A stretch of 63,032 nucleotides of DNA, filler included, from Rhabdomonas costata (lineage: Eukaryota), in NCBI GenBank assembly GCA_019059605.1. It is 38 parts of 38 records of this genome, joined end to end, with 100 filler letters (N's around TTAATTAATTAA, not from the genome) between each part and the next. Parts side by side here need not be neighbours in the genome. Positions count along the whole stretch, not along the records: positions 53,170 to 54,730 come from JAHMHO010013045.1; positions 54,831 to 56,391 come from JAHMHO010013046.1; positions 56,492 to 58,052 come from JAHMHO010013047.1; positions 58,153 to 59,713 come from JAHMHO010013048.1; positions 59,814 to 61,374 come from JAHMHO010013049.1; positions 61,475 to 63,032 come from JAHMHO010013050.1; 32 more parts are not named here. One strand, 5' to 3'. Positions 53,070 through 63,032 of the stretch are shown piece by piece. The notes under the pieces were generated by a model. It saw nothing but the letters and a program-made list of their open reading frames with translations, was not told where the DNA came from and did not search any database. Positions within the stretch are counted from its first letter, which is position 1; every line of letters starts with the position of its first letter. Made by a program: the position numbers and the translations under genes.

Positions 53070-55160
53070 NNNNNNNNNNNNNNNNNNNNNNNNNNNNNNN
53101 NNNNNNNNNNNNNTTAATTAATTAANNNNNNNNNNNNNNNNNNNNNNNNNNNNNNNNNNNNNNNNNNNNGTGAATGAGACATTACTTGTTTGGTGCAGAA
53201 GTGCCGGTGCATACGAACTTGAGAGGTTGGTGAACAGGGGGAGGTGTGGAAAGGAGTATGGGGAGTGAACAGCGTGATGATAGTAGTGGTGGTAAGGTAC
53301 TTGGCAGGTACGCAAGTGAAAAATTCATAGACTAGCAGCAGAAGCTGTGATTTAGCGGAACGATGCGGTATACACTCAATTGTGCGGTTGCAGCAAGGAG
53401 ATTTCAACCGAGTTCAAATTACTGCACGATGGATTGGGCTTAAACCACGTGACCAAAAAATCCTAGATGGACTTGGACTAAAACTATCTAATTTTTCTGC
53501 TGAGAGAACCGACCCCAAAGTCCATAAGCGCAAAACAGGCGCCGACGGAAAACCTATACTGCCAGGCGGACGCGGTCAACAATGACCACACGACCACCGT
53601 TCATGACGCTTAACGAGAAATCGTTGGCATCACGCAATGATATCACACACCATGAATTAAATCACTACCACGGACGCGTTTGGCAGTTATAGACGGACAA
53701 CGGACAACAGCGCGGCTTTTAAGGAAAAGAACCACGGATGTTTGCAAGACCGGCCAGATCCCCATCTTGCATGGATGGGGACAATGGATTGGCTAATCAT
53801 CATTCTCGTGGTTGATAAAAACACGTTTTATTCTTTTTTTGGCGCGCGTCCCATATTCAAATCATCAGTTGGCCAAACCACGATTTTCGGAGAAAGATAA
53901 ATCAACACACGAGCCCAACTCAACAATGGGCCGGTTGGGACAGTCTTCCTTTTGACATAGGTTTTTCATGACATACGACACAGCACGGCACCATCGGGGT
54001 TTCTTCGGCGAGATGAAAAAAATCACGCATCTCACACACATTGATGTCACCGGTTCTATTTTCCGCACCGCGTTTTTTGGAAACTAAATTGGACCAAAAC
54101 GTTAGCTTTGCTTCTTTAAATTCTGTCTTTTTTTTTTTTAATCCTTTTGCACAGTTTGCTTGTTTTTCTGTAATTTCCTGGTATCCTGCTGTCCACATTT
54201 ACGCCGGTTTCATACAACTTCGGTAAACACAAGTTTTTCATGCGCCTGTGCGTTCTCTTTTTTGGTTTTTGGTTCTTGTTTCCTGGTCGTAGGAACATTT
54301 TTCGGCACAGCGATCATCTGCGACAAAATCACGAGCAAAAACCAAAGCGAAAAACTTCCGAATCAGGTCGGACCCGTGTTCAAAGGCCTGGACCCCGTAT
54401 TATGTATTTCGGCTTTTCAAGGTTGGTTGCATTTTTACCGTGGGAGTAAGTCTCTGTTCCACCGTGGTTTGCACATATAGAGAGTGAGAGCACGGACTTG
54501 CTTTCTTTCTTTCAATTTTGTGTGTTGGTGCCTGTCAGTCCGCTATTTCCTTTCCACTCGCTCCACATGCCTTGTGCAAGTTGTGCTCGTTGTGATGGAG
54601 AGTGATGCCGTTTGGATCATCTTATCACATAGATATTTCCATTGATTTCCAGAATTATTTCGCTCAGTAGACCTCAAGCATCTGATAGAGACAAAAAACA
54701 CCAATATTCCACTTCGTGAGCTGCAATTTANNNNNNNNNNNNNNNNNNNNNNNNNNNNNNNNNNNNNNNNNNNNTTAATTAATTAANNNNNNNNNNNNNN
54801 NNNNNNNNNNNNNNNNNNNNNNNNNNNNNNGGGGGGGTGTGGGAAAATTGCACAGGGAGGGTCACTTATGCCCCGTTGGGGGTGGTGATGAGTGCGCAGC
54901 GCTGAAGGACATACCGCACAGGCAGTAAGTGGCAAAATTATGCGATCAGTTTCCTAATTTCGCGGTGTTTTTCTAGCAGGAAACAGCACGCTGGGCGGAT
55001 AAAATGACTGAATATATATGTGTTCTATCATAAGAGTCCGACTGATGCATGACCGCACAGCATATGCATGCAGGTGTGCCTGTGTAGGACACATGATTGG
55101 GCGAAAGACATTGCATGCTCAGGAAAAAGGGAGAGATGAAGAAGAGGCAGAGCCGGAGAC

Positions 55161-56090
55161 TTTGAGGGTGCGGTCACGAGAGGCGGAGATGATCCGGGTG
55201 CCGTCCCTGGAGAAGATGGCGTGGTGCACGGGCGCGCTGTGCCCGCGGAACACCCGCACCACGGCGCTGGTGCGGGAGTCCCACAAACGGATCGTTCCGT
55301 CCATCGAAGCGGACAGCACCCTAGTGTCGTCCGGGCTGAAGTCGCAGGACCACACCGTACCTGCGGGTGGTGCCCCCAAAGAAACGTATACACAACCAGA
55401 GAGAACGCAGGGACAGGGGACCCAAAGAAATAGACGTAGAACCGACGGACAGGAGGGGCGGGGGGCCAAAGAACAAATGGACACATGGACACAGATGGCA
55501 GCGGGATCAATAGTTCAACATCCAAAGCGGACAAAGAAGATGCAAACCAGACCCAAACCCACCCCACATACACAAAAATTCGAAGGAATTCCTTCAATGC
55601 TTCCTACAATGCAACTCTCCCACGGCATGGCCGCTTCTCGGGGTACGGATCACCCGCTGGTGCTGTGCAAAGGTTCTTGAAAAACCTCAAGAGCGCATTA
55701 AACTGTGGTTCCAGGGAGCTCCAACCCTTCGCGATAGTCTGCATTTGGTGCACACAAACACATAAACACAGAGAGCGACGGGGGGGGGGGGGGAGGGAAG
55801 GAAGGGAAGAACGCTGGAAACCAGGATGATAATCTCCTGTTGAGAAAACTCCGGGCAACACTCCCGTACCTGGAGCAACCAAGCAGATGATCCGTTACAC
55901 ATCCACACATGCTACAGGCATCCGCATTTGGTCATATGCACATCCAGCCTCGCACCAGTGTGGCCTTGCAGAGTGTTGAGCTCCGTCTCGTCGTGCCACG
56001 ACCAGATCCGCAGAGTCTTGTCGTCCGACGCGCTGCAGAGCTTGCGCCCGTCATGGGAGAAGCACACCGAGAACACCGCGCTGGCGTGCC
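55161..56090 (-). CDS. WD40-repeat protein; exons 55956-56090 and 55161-55360
   Basis: GHASAVFSVCFSHDGRKLCSASDDKTLRIW and GHT|GTVWSCDFSPDDTRVLSASMDGTIRLWD. Confidence 0.92.
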
Positions 56091-58583
56091 CTGAGTGCCC
56101 CCGCCCCCCGCAGATGGGCTTCCCGAAAGCACCAAACCGTAGACTGGGACCTTTCATCCGAACATAGAACCCGCGAATGCGGGTTTGAAGGGCACTGCGG
56201 CATGGAAGCATTTTTTTTAGCAAATACTGCGAATCTTGGACCCGAATCTTAGATCCGACCTCAGAGGTGCAAGCATTGCCCATCGGCCACATCTACACGC
56301 AATGCTGAACGGCACAGAGAGGTAACAGCTGACAACCTTCAACATAAAAGGAATCGGAAAATGGTAAACAATTCAGCATCTCCACAACCCCNNNNNNNNN
56401 NNNNNNNNNNNNNNNNNNNNNNNNNNNNNNNNNNNTTAATTAATTAANNNNNNNNNNNNNNNNNNNNNNNNNNNNNNNNNNNNNNNNNNNNGGTTGTGGG
56501 GCCTGTGACCACCTTAGGTTTCAGTGTGAGTTTCTCGTGTTGTGTGACAGGCGTGTTTCTTTCGTGAAAGGAGGATTCCCTGTTGTGCAAGACAAGGGCA
56601 GTCTGTTTGACAGCCACATGCAATACATCACACGTTGTCTTGCTCTTACACCCAGCTCACCGGATACTGCGTTTCAGAGCACCTTCCCTTGCAGCTGATA
56701 CAATCCTGAGCCTTCTCGACATGAACAGTGATCCAAATGGCATGGCAAAGCTTTGCATAAAAATGGGGTGACCGTGTTTGTGTTTGTGTAGGTGTTTTAT
56801 GTGAGGGGAGCGTTTTTTCCATTCAGGCGTCATGGCCACTTTTTCCTTTCGGAGAGTGATGTGGCCCTGGTGCCGTAGGCTTCCTGTTAGAGGGTTCATT
56901 CTGCGAGGTGCAGGCCCTTGCCTTTTTTGAGGAGGAGCCTGTGCGGTGCTGGTCGCGGGTGTCGCGCGATGTGGAGTGCTTCTCGAGGGACCCTCTCGAC
57001 GAATCTGCGCAGGGGTTATACTTACGACACAGTTGCGGTGTGTCTTGGAGTCCTTGCCCGTGCGTCCAGTGACATCACACGCTCTGCATTCGCAGCTGCA
57101 GTTTGTGTCGGGACCGCAAGGTGAGGGACACGAAGTTTACTATTCCTGTCCCTGTTTTCTTCGGGTGGGTATTCAAGAGCTTTCGCGATTGTATAATTGG
57201 AGTGCACGAACCATGCAGATTTAGCTACCGTGGATAAACTTTCGGGCGGAGGTTCCGGCAGAACCCCTTTACTTCGGCTGAATATCGAAATGCCTCGGAA
57301 CTGCAATGCTCTGTGTGCCTTGCGGTCTTATTTCGTGGGCTTGCTTCTTTTCCAAGAGGCAGGGTGATGAGCCAATAACATTCCGACTCTACCATTTGAC
57401 CACCACCTCCCCTCTCCCCATTGACAGCAACTAATTTGGCTTTTGTTCTGTTGTTGGGCACTCACTCTGTCAATGCCCTCCCAGCGGGCCGTAAGGTTTG
57501 GTCTGTGCACCGCTGCCGCGGTTCTCGGCGGGGCAGCCTGGGCGTGCCCTGTTTGGCTGGGGCAGCGGACTTCCGGGGATCTCCGTGTGCGCGCCTTATC
57601 CGCGAAAGGCTCGGGCTCTTCTTCCACTGCAGCCAAACCGCCCCCCACCGCCGTGCAAGAGCTGCTGCACCAGCTGTACTATGACCTGCAACCGGGCTCT
57701 CGCCGAGAATACCGCATGCTGGGGTTCGCTGTGGGTCCTTTGGTGGGAAGGAGTGGAAGTTAACAGGGACATCAGAAGAGTAGAATGGCTTTGTCTTCCA
57801 ATGTCCTATTTGGCAGTTTAGCCAGTTTAGCCAGGTGTTTCGGCTGTTTTCTACCGTCTTGAGCGAGTTTGAGAAGGGGCACTTGGTGGCTTTTGCTTCC
57901 TGCGTTGAATGGGAATTTAGGGCCTCCTGTGGGGCCTGCAGGCAAACTTGCTTTCCTACAAGATTTCTGCTCTTCTTGAGTTGGAACAAATTTGGGCTTC
58001 ACAACCTCATACAGCTCTTACTTTTATCGCTGTTCTGGGGGTTCTACCAAGANNNNNNNNNNNNNNNNNNNNNNNNNNNNNNNNNNNNNNNNNNNNTTAA
58101 TTAATTAANNNNNNNNNNNNNNNNNNNNNNNNNNNNNNNNNNNNNNNNNNNNGGGTGGTGGTTGGCAGTTGAGCGCTTCCTACTTTCTTTGTCCTTCCTC
58201 GGACTCGGACTCGTTGATTCACCTTCGCTCTTTCCGACCTTGATCATGGTGCAACGTTTTCCCTTCGTTGCATTCATTCGAAACAGTCATGCAGTTCTGT
58301 TTCCTTGGGGGGGGGGGGGAGATCATCTCAAGAGAACGCATCATGTATCAACGGCCAACGTTCCTTGGGGAACCTGCAGCTGTCACCTGGGAGGGAGAAA
58401 GCCAAGGCTGAGAGCCAACCCGGCAAAGAATTTTATTGCGCTGCGCTGCCCAAGAATTCATAAATTCGTTTTTATTGGAGGTAATTTTTTCTCCTTGGGG
58501 GAATTTTTTCACTTAGCCGATTTTCTCAACTTGACCTTGCTACCGGGTCTGATGCGTTTTCTACTCGCATTCTCACTGCAAAG

Positions 58584-59700
58584 GGGAGCGCATCATCTCT
58601 GCTTCCGAAGGCGGCACGGCCAGGGTGTGGGATGTGGCCACGGGGGAGGCGTTGATAACTCTTGGAGGGCGCTTTTACGAAGTGATATGCGGGGTCTTCA
58701 GCCCTGCACCGCGCGGTGGGACAGAGGTGGCTCTCACCGGTGGCCGAGGTGGCGGGGCGATTCTCTGGAACTGCCTCACCGGCGTAGAGGTGCGGAAGTA
58801 TGGTCACAGCGGCCAGGTGCTTCGCATGTGTTCGCGTGTATTTTGTGGCAACTGCTGACACTGAGAGCTGGAGTTGCATAAGCACCGTCACCCAAATTTC
58901 ACTTCTATACTATCAACGGAATCCAGGCATGATATTTGCCAGAAAAGATGGGGAATGGTTTTCTTCCCTTGTTTTTCTCTTCCACGACCGATAAGCTGCC
59001 GTGTGGAACCGTTTGGTACATTGGCTATTGAATAGAAATGCGAGAATTGTCCGGTTGTGCAGAGAGGTCAGAAGAAGTGACAAATATGAAGTGAACATGA
59101 GACACTCCAAATTATCAGCGCTTCCGAAAGTCACCAATAATCAACACCAATAATCAAGCAATGGCAATGTTGCTCGAAATTGAATTTTTTTTTCATCACA
59201 CTCTTTCGACAGCTGAACGCAGGACCAATGCAGGCAGATCCACCCATCTTACCCACCACCACCACCATTTGGTCACCGTATTGTCTCCCTGCGTTTCCTG
59301 TTTTCCCTCGTCAGAGGTAATATTGCCGAGCGGTAATGTGGACCATATTGTTTTCGCAACAGGAGTAAAAAAAAATTAGCGATCGAAAGGGCTGGTGGTG
59401 TCCGTTGAAAATGCTCGTATGGCTTGTTCGTCTCAGGCTCAATAACGCGTGCTTAGGGAGCGTACACGTTAAGTCGACTGTAACTGCGCAAGGGGAGTAC
59501 AATGGTGCGGATACGTGCCTGCACTTTTTAAATAGCTATTTGCGGTGAACTTTGCTCCGAGCGGTGAGGTTATTGCCACGGCGTCTTCGGACTGCACCGC
59601 GCGCCTGTGGCGGGTTACGGGAGGGCGGCACTTGGAGCTTTTCGGGCACACCGGGAGCGTGCGCAGTGTGGCATTTGGTGGTGCAGAGGGGATGCCCGTG
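58584..59700 (+). CDS. WD40-repeat protein fragment; exons ~58584-58815 and ~59535-59700
   Basis: IISASEGGTARVWDVATG and VNFAPSGEVIATASSDCTARLW...GHTGSVRSVAF. Confidence 0.85.
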
Positions 59701-61996
59701 GTGCCCAAAAACCNNNNNNNNNNNNNNNNNNNNNNNNNNNNNNNNNNNNNNNNNNNNTTAATTAATTAANNNNNNNNNNNNNNNNNNNNNNNNNNNNNNN
59801 NNNNNNNNNNNNNTGTTTTGGGTGCTGCTGCAAAATGAGCGCAAGTATATGTTTCGTGAAGGTTTGTGAAGCTTCAGGTGGATTCTTGAGGACGGTACAA
59901 AAATAATCTCGTTTCATTAATCGGTAATTTTCGTTCCGAAACACTCGAAACAGCAAAACTGAGTCGTGGTCCGATTTATTGAATGGGTAAGCCTGGCAGG
60001 GGCAGGGATGCAGTACCCTTCGCCCTGCTCAACTCATTCATTATCTTTCGTGCATATCTCTCTCACAGCGATTCTCTTAAACTTCTCTCCTCTCTCTCTC
60101 CCTCCTGACTTCGTCTAAAATGGTTTCAATTTTGCAACATAATGAACCATGTCTCAAGTGTACCGGTGAGCAGAGCGATAAAAAGACATTCTTGGTCTTC
60201 TCCCTATGAGAACAGCTCGGTAGCAGGACTCAATGACCCATCACGGCACACATTTTTCGTGAATCCAGGGTTTAGCAGCGCAAAAACATCACTGACTACA
60301 GGCGCAAAAGAGTCCACAACGCGAACCAGGTGTGATAGGTGACAGAGGAGAGGCTGATACCTTGGGTCTCCCAAACGGGGCGAAGTAGGCTCCCGATGGA
60401 CCCCCCTTGCAGCTCTGCGGGCTCACAGACGCCAGCGACGAACTTCCTCAGGAGGGTCTCCTCGTCTGGCTAAAGCCGAGCATCCCCCGCGAGCGAAGGA
60501 CGCGAAAGACACTTCACGTCATCAGGAGCCCGTACCCTACCCATATCTTATGCACCTTTGTGTCTGGTGAAGAGAGACAGCTAAAAGTTCGATTCTCACA
60601 ACCACAACTGATGAAGGACCGACACAACCACAAACACAATGCCAGGACGCCCCCTCCCCCATCAGGATGAACGACGAAGCCAAAACAATGGAACGCCCAC
60701 GAGGAAGTATCGACCTGCTTCCGCTCGCTGTCGGGAGAGTGAGACTCGGCCATGGTGAAGCGACCAGCAGAAAAGGGAAAATCATGAAGGAGAAGTTCTT
60801 GAAGATGGGAAACGAAGCTACAACAAACAAAGCAAATTGCAAAGGCCAAGCTTCGGCGGTTGACGCCCAGATACTGCCACTGCCAAGATGCTGTTAACAG
60901 GCGCTGCAGTCAGCCGCCGTAAGTCTTTGGAGGGCAACTTGGCACCTGCATCATCTTCTCGTAGTAAGAGACAAAATCAAAAGTGTACGCGAACGCCACA
61001 GAAGTATTTGGCATTTTTAACTTGAGACGCGTCGTATGCATCTTGTAATGGCATCGTATCTTTTTGAAAGCCCTGTTCCAAAGGCGAAGAAAAAAAGAGA
61101 GCTCATAATCGCAAGCGGGCACGTTTTGCGTGTCAGAACCACGCCACGGCCTCAACAGCGGGCTTCTGTCACCGCCCTTGAACGTGCAACACCGCCGCAT
61201 CAGCAGAAAAGCACGTCTGCACAAAATACACGGGAACAGCACCGCAACACGCAATCAATCCGCGCACAGACATAACATAACAATGGAAGCACCTCAAAAG
61301 ATACAAGATATCAAACACCAACCGCGTACTTCCTTACTAACTTTCCAACCGTCATCTCTGCTCACCAACACCCCNNNNNNNNNNNNNNNNNNNNNNNNNN
61401 NNNNNNNNNNNNNNNNNNTTAATTAATTAANNNNNNNNNNNNNNNNNNNNNNNNNNNNNNNNNNNNNNNNNNNNAGCAGATTTCAGTAAAGAAAAGAGTA
61501 CCAGTAGCTGAAAGGGGGGAGTCGGGACTCTTTTGGTGAATTCGCCTTTTGTGCAATACATGTCTAAGTTTTCAATTTACGTCACTGCGCCAATGGGACA
61601 ATAAAAAAGAAATGAAAGCACTGATTGGATAGGATTGAGTATGTGTTTCGGGAGCTCTGCGAAGCAAACAGACCCAAGGCATAACGGATAGGCACGCCCA
61701 ACCCGACAGCGGTTCCACCGACCGGTTGGATGCAATTCTGGTGTCCTTTTTGCCGTTGAGGGATCGCTCAAACAGTAGCAGGAGCAGACCACCGTGCAAA
61801 TTGCAATTCAATCGAAACGGAGACCATCCGCTCCTTCCACAACGCCGTGTAAAAATTTCCATACAAAGCACAAGGTTCACGAGCAGTGAGTCCAGCCTAC
61901 ACCATCCCATTCGTCCAGTTTAGCCTACGCCACAGTAAATACAGCTCAGGGTCCGTCGTACCCCTCACCCCAACTTCCACTGGAGGGCACGGACCC

Positions 61997-62462
61997 TCAC
62001 TTGTCCATGTCCTCTCGGCGCACATCGACAACTTGAGCAGGATAGGTGGTCTCACCGGACCACAGCAGACGTTCCTCGTGAGGGTACAGCCGGAAACCGT
62101 CAAGCTTCAGGTTGCGCAGGTGCTTCACCCGCTCCGAGGGAACCACGTCCAGCACGGTTCGCCAGCCTCGCTTCAGGCACTACGCACAAATAGAGCCCGA
62201 GCAAGATGGGTGCAACAAGTGTGGTGAACGCTTAACACCTTAGCATTGTCGCCAACATGAACACACAGTGAGACATTCCATCGGACCCGCTCTGTGCCAG
62301 TGAAGCATAAACACAGAGAAAATGCACCTCATTCACTGCGGCCTGCCGCTCCAAGGGCCACAGCTGGTACACCCGTGCAAGGTTCACCTCGGGGTCATTG
62401 ATGTCCAGTCCGTGGCGTGTCCGCAGCCTCTTTGCGGTCTCCATGTCGATCCACACCAAGCA
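61997..62462 (-). CDS. Last two exons of an unknown protein (62328-62462, 61997-62179)
   Basis: In-phase GT-AG splice gives CLVWIDMETAKRL...AVNE|CLKRGWRTVLDVV...EDMDK*; GC3-rich. Confidence 0.6.
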
Positions 62463-63032
62463 CTGCGCAGAAAAAGCAGAAAACGCAGGCCCTGGGAGAT
62501 GCCACAACGTTGCAGGAGCAACGTAAAGAGAAGGGGTGATAGTCCGGCTCCTCGCTATGACACCTCCTGTTCCTGCGATTCCGACGTCTCGATTTCCCGG
62601 CGGCAGTGCATGTCGACACACCCTGGAGTTCAACTGTTCATCGTGTATAAAAAGAGTTACGGTTAGAGGATCGCAAGGAACAAAACCTCGATCTGGTTCG
62701 CAGGAAAATTGGGCAAATAGTGCTCCAGACGCTTGCGGAAGAAGGCCTCCAGTGGGGCCCCAAGGGTGTCCCCCGGGCTGGGCAGGGGACGGTAGTCCTA
62801 TGGAATGTTAGACACCACGCTGGCAAGCACACACTGACTGACACAGAATGCTTTTGCTGGGGACAATGGCTCGGGGAAAGGGGTTGCCACGGGCGGCAGC
62901 AAACCATTAACAAAAGAGCGAAAGCAACGCAAAAAATTCCGTATTTTGGTGCATCGATCAGAGCCCATATATCACATCAATCTGTTCGAAAACAAGTTGG
63001 AGGACACAAACGCAAAAACAACACACCCCACA

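Noticed and set aside
53382-53585. ORF with faint uL30-like pattern (RVQITARWIGLKPRDQKILDGLGL)
   Set aside because: Similarity is too short, and there is no splice or codon-bias support.
1562-61474. Regular ~1661-bp periodic palindrome TTAATTAATTAA and ORFs ending in X...LIN
   Set aside because: Synthetic contig linker inside N-runs; neighbouring contigs have no biological adjacency, so no operon or cluster can be inferred.
4986-62462. Euglenid-type nonconventional (non-GT-AG, stem-forming) introns
   Set aside because: Every junction I could anchor with a conserved protein was GT-AG or GC-AG; none required a nonconventional intron.

Overview
This window is not a contiguous locus. It is a concatenation of 38 unrelated contigs of about 1.56 kb, apparently sorted by length, joined by 37 artificial 100-nt spacers (N-run, TTAATTAATTAA, N-run). 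The DNA is mostly eukaryotic nuclear sequence from an intron-rich flagellate. Splice donors with a pyrimidine at +4, a GC-AG intron and the gene content suggest a euglenozoan such as a euglenid, but this is inference. Recognisable spliced gene fragments are: axonemal dynein heavy chain, a MORN-repeat protein, VPS13 with a C-terminal DysF domain, IMPDH, a DUF229-like protein, bacterial-type uL2, an ATP9/NEO1 flippase, an MFS transporter, GDP-fucose synthase, PINX1-like G-patch, and TPR, WD40, MYND and CCCH proteins. There is also a decayed Ty3/Gypsy integrase and probable LINE relics. G/T-only 5' ends and C/A-only 3' ends of contigs, plus one fold-back chimera inside an exon, point to whole-genome-amplified material. 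The most unusual element is contig 34901-36458. It is non-coding, strand-skewed and repetitive, and carries about 9 hairpins. Their tandem GA/GA internal loops and GNA triloops would be stable only on the minus strand as single-stranded DNA, so it is a candidate origin or control region of an organellar, plasmid or viral replicon.
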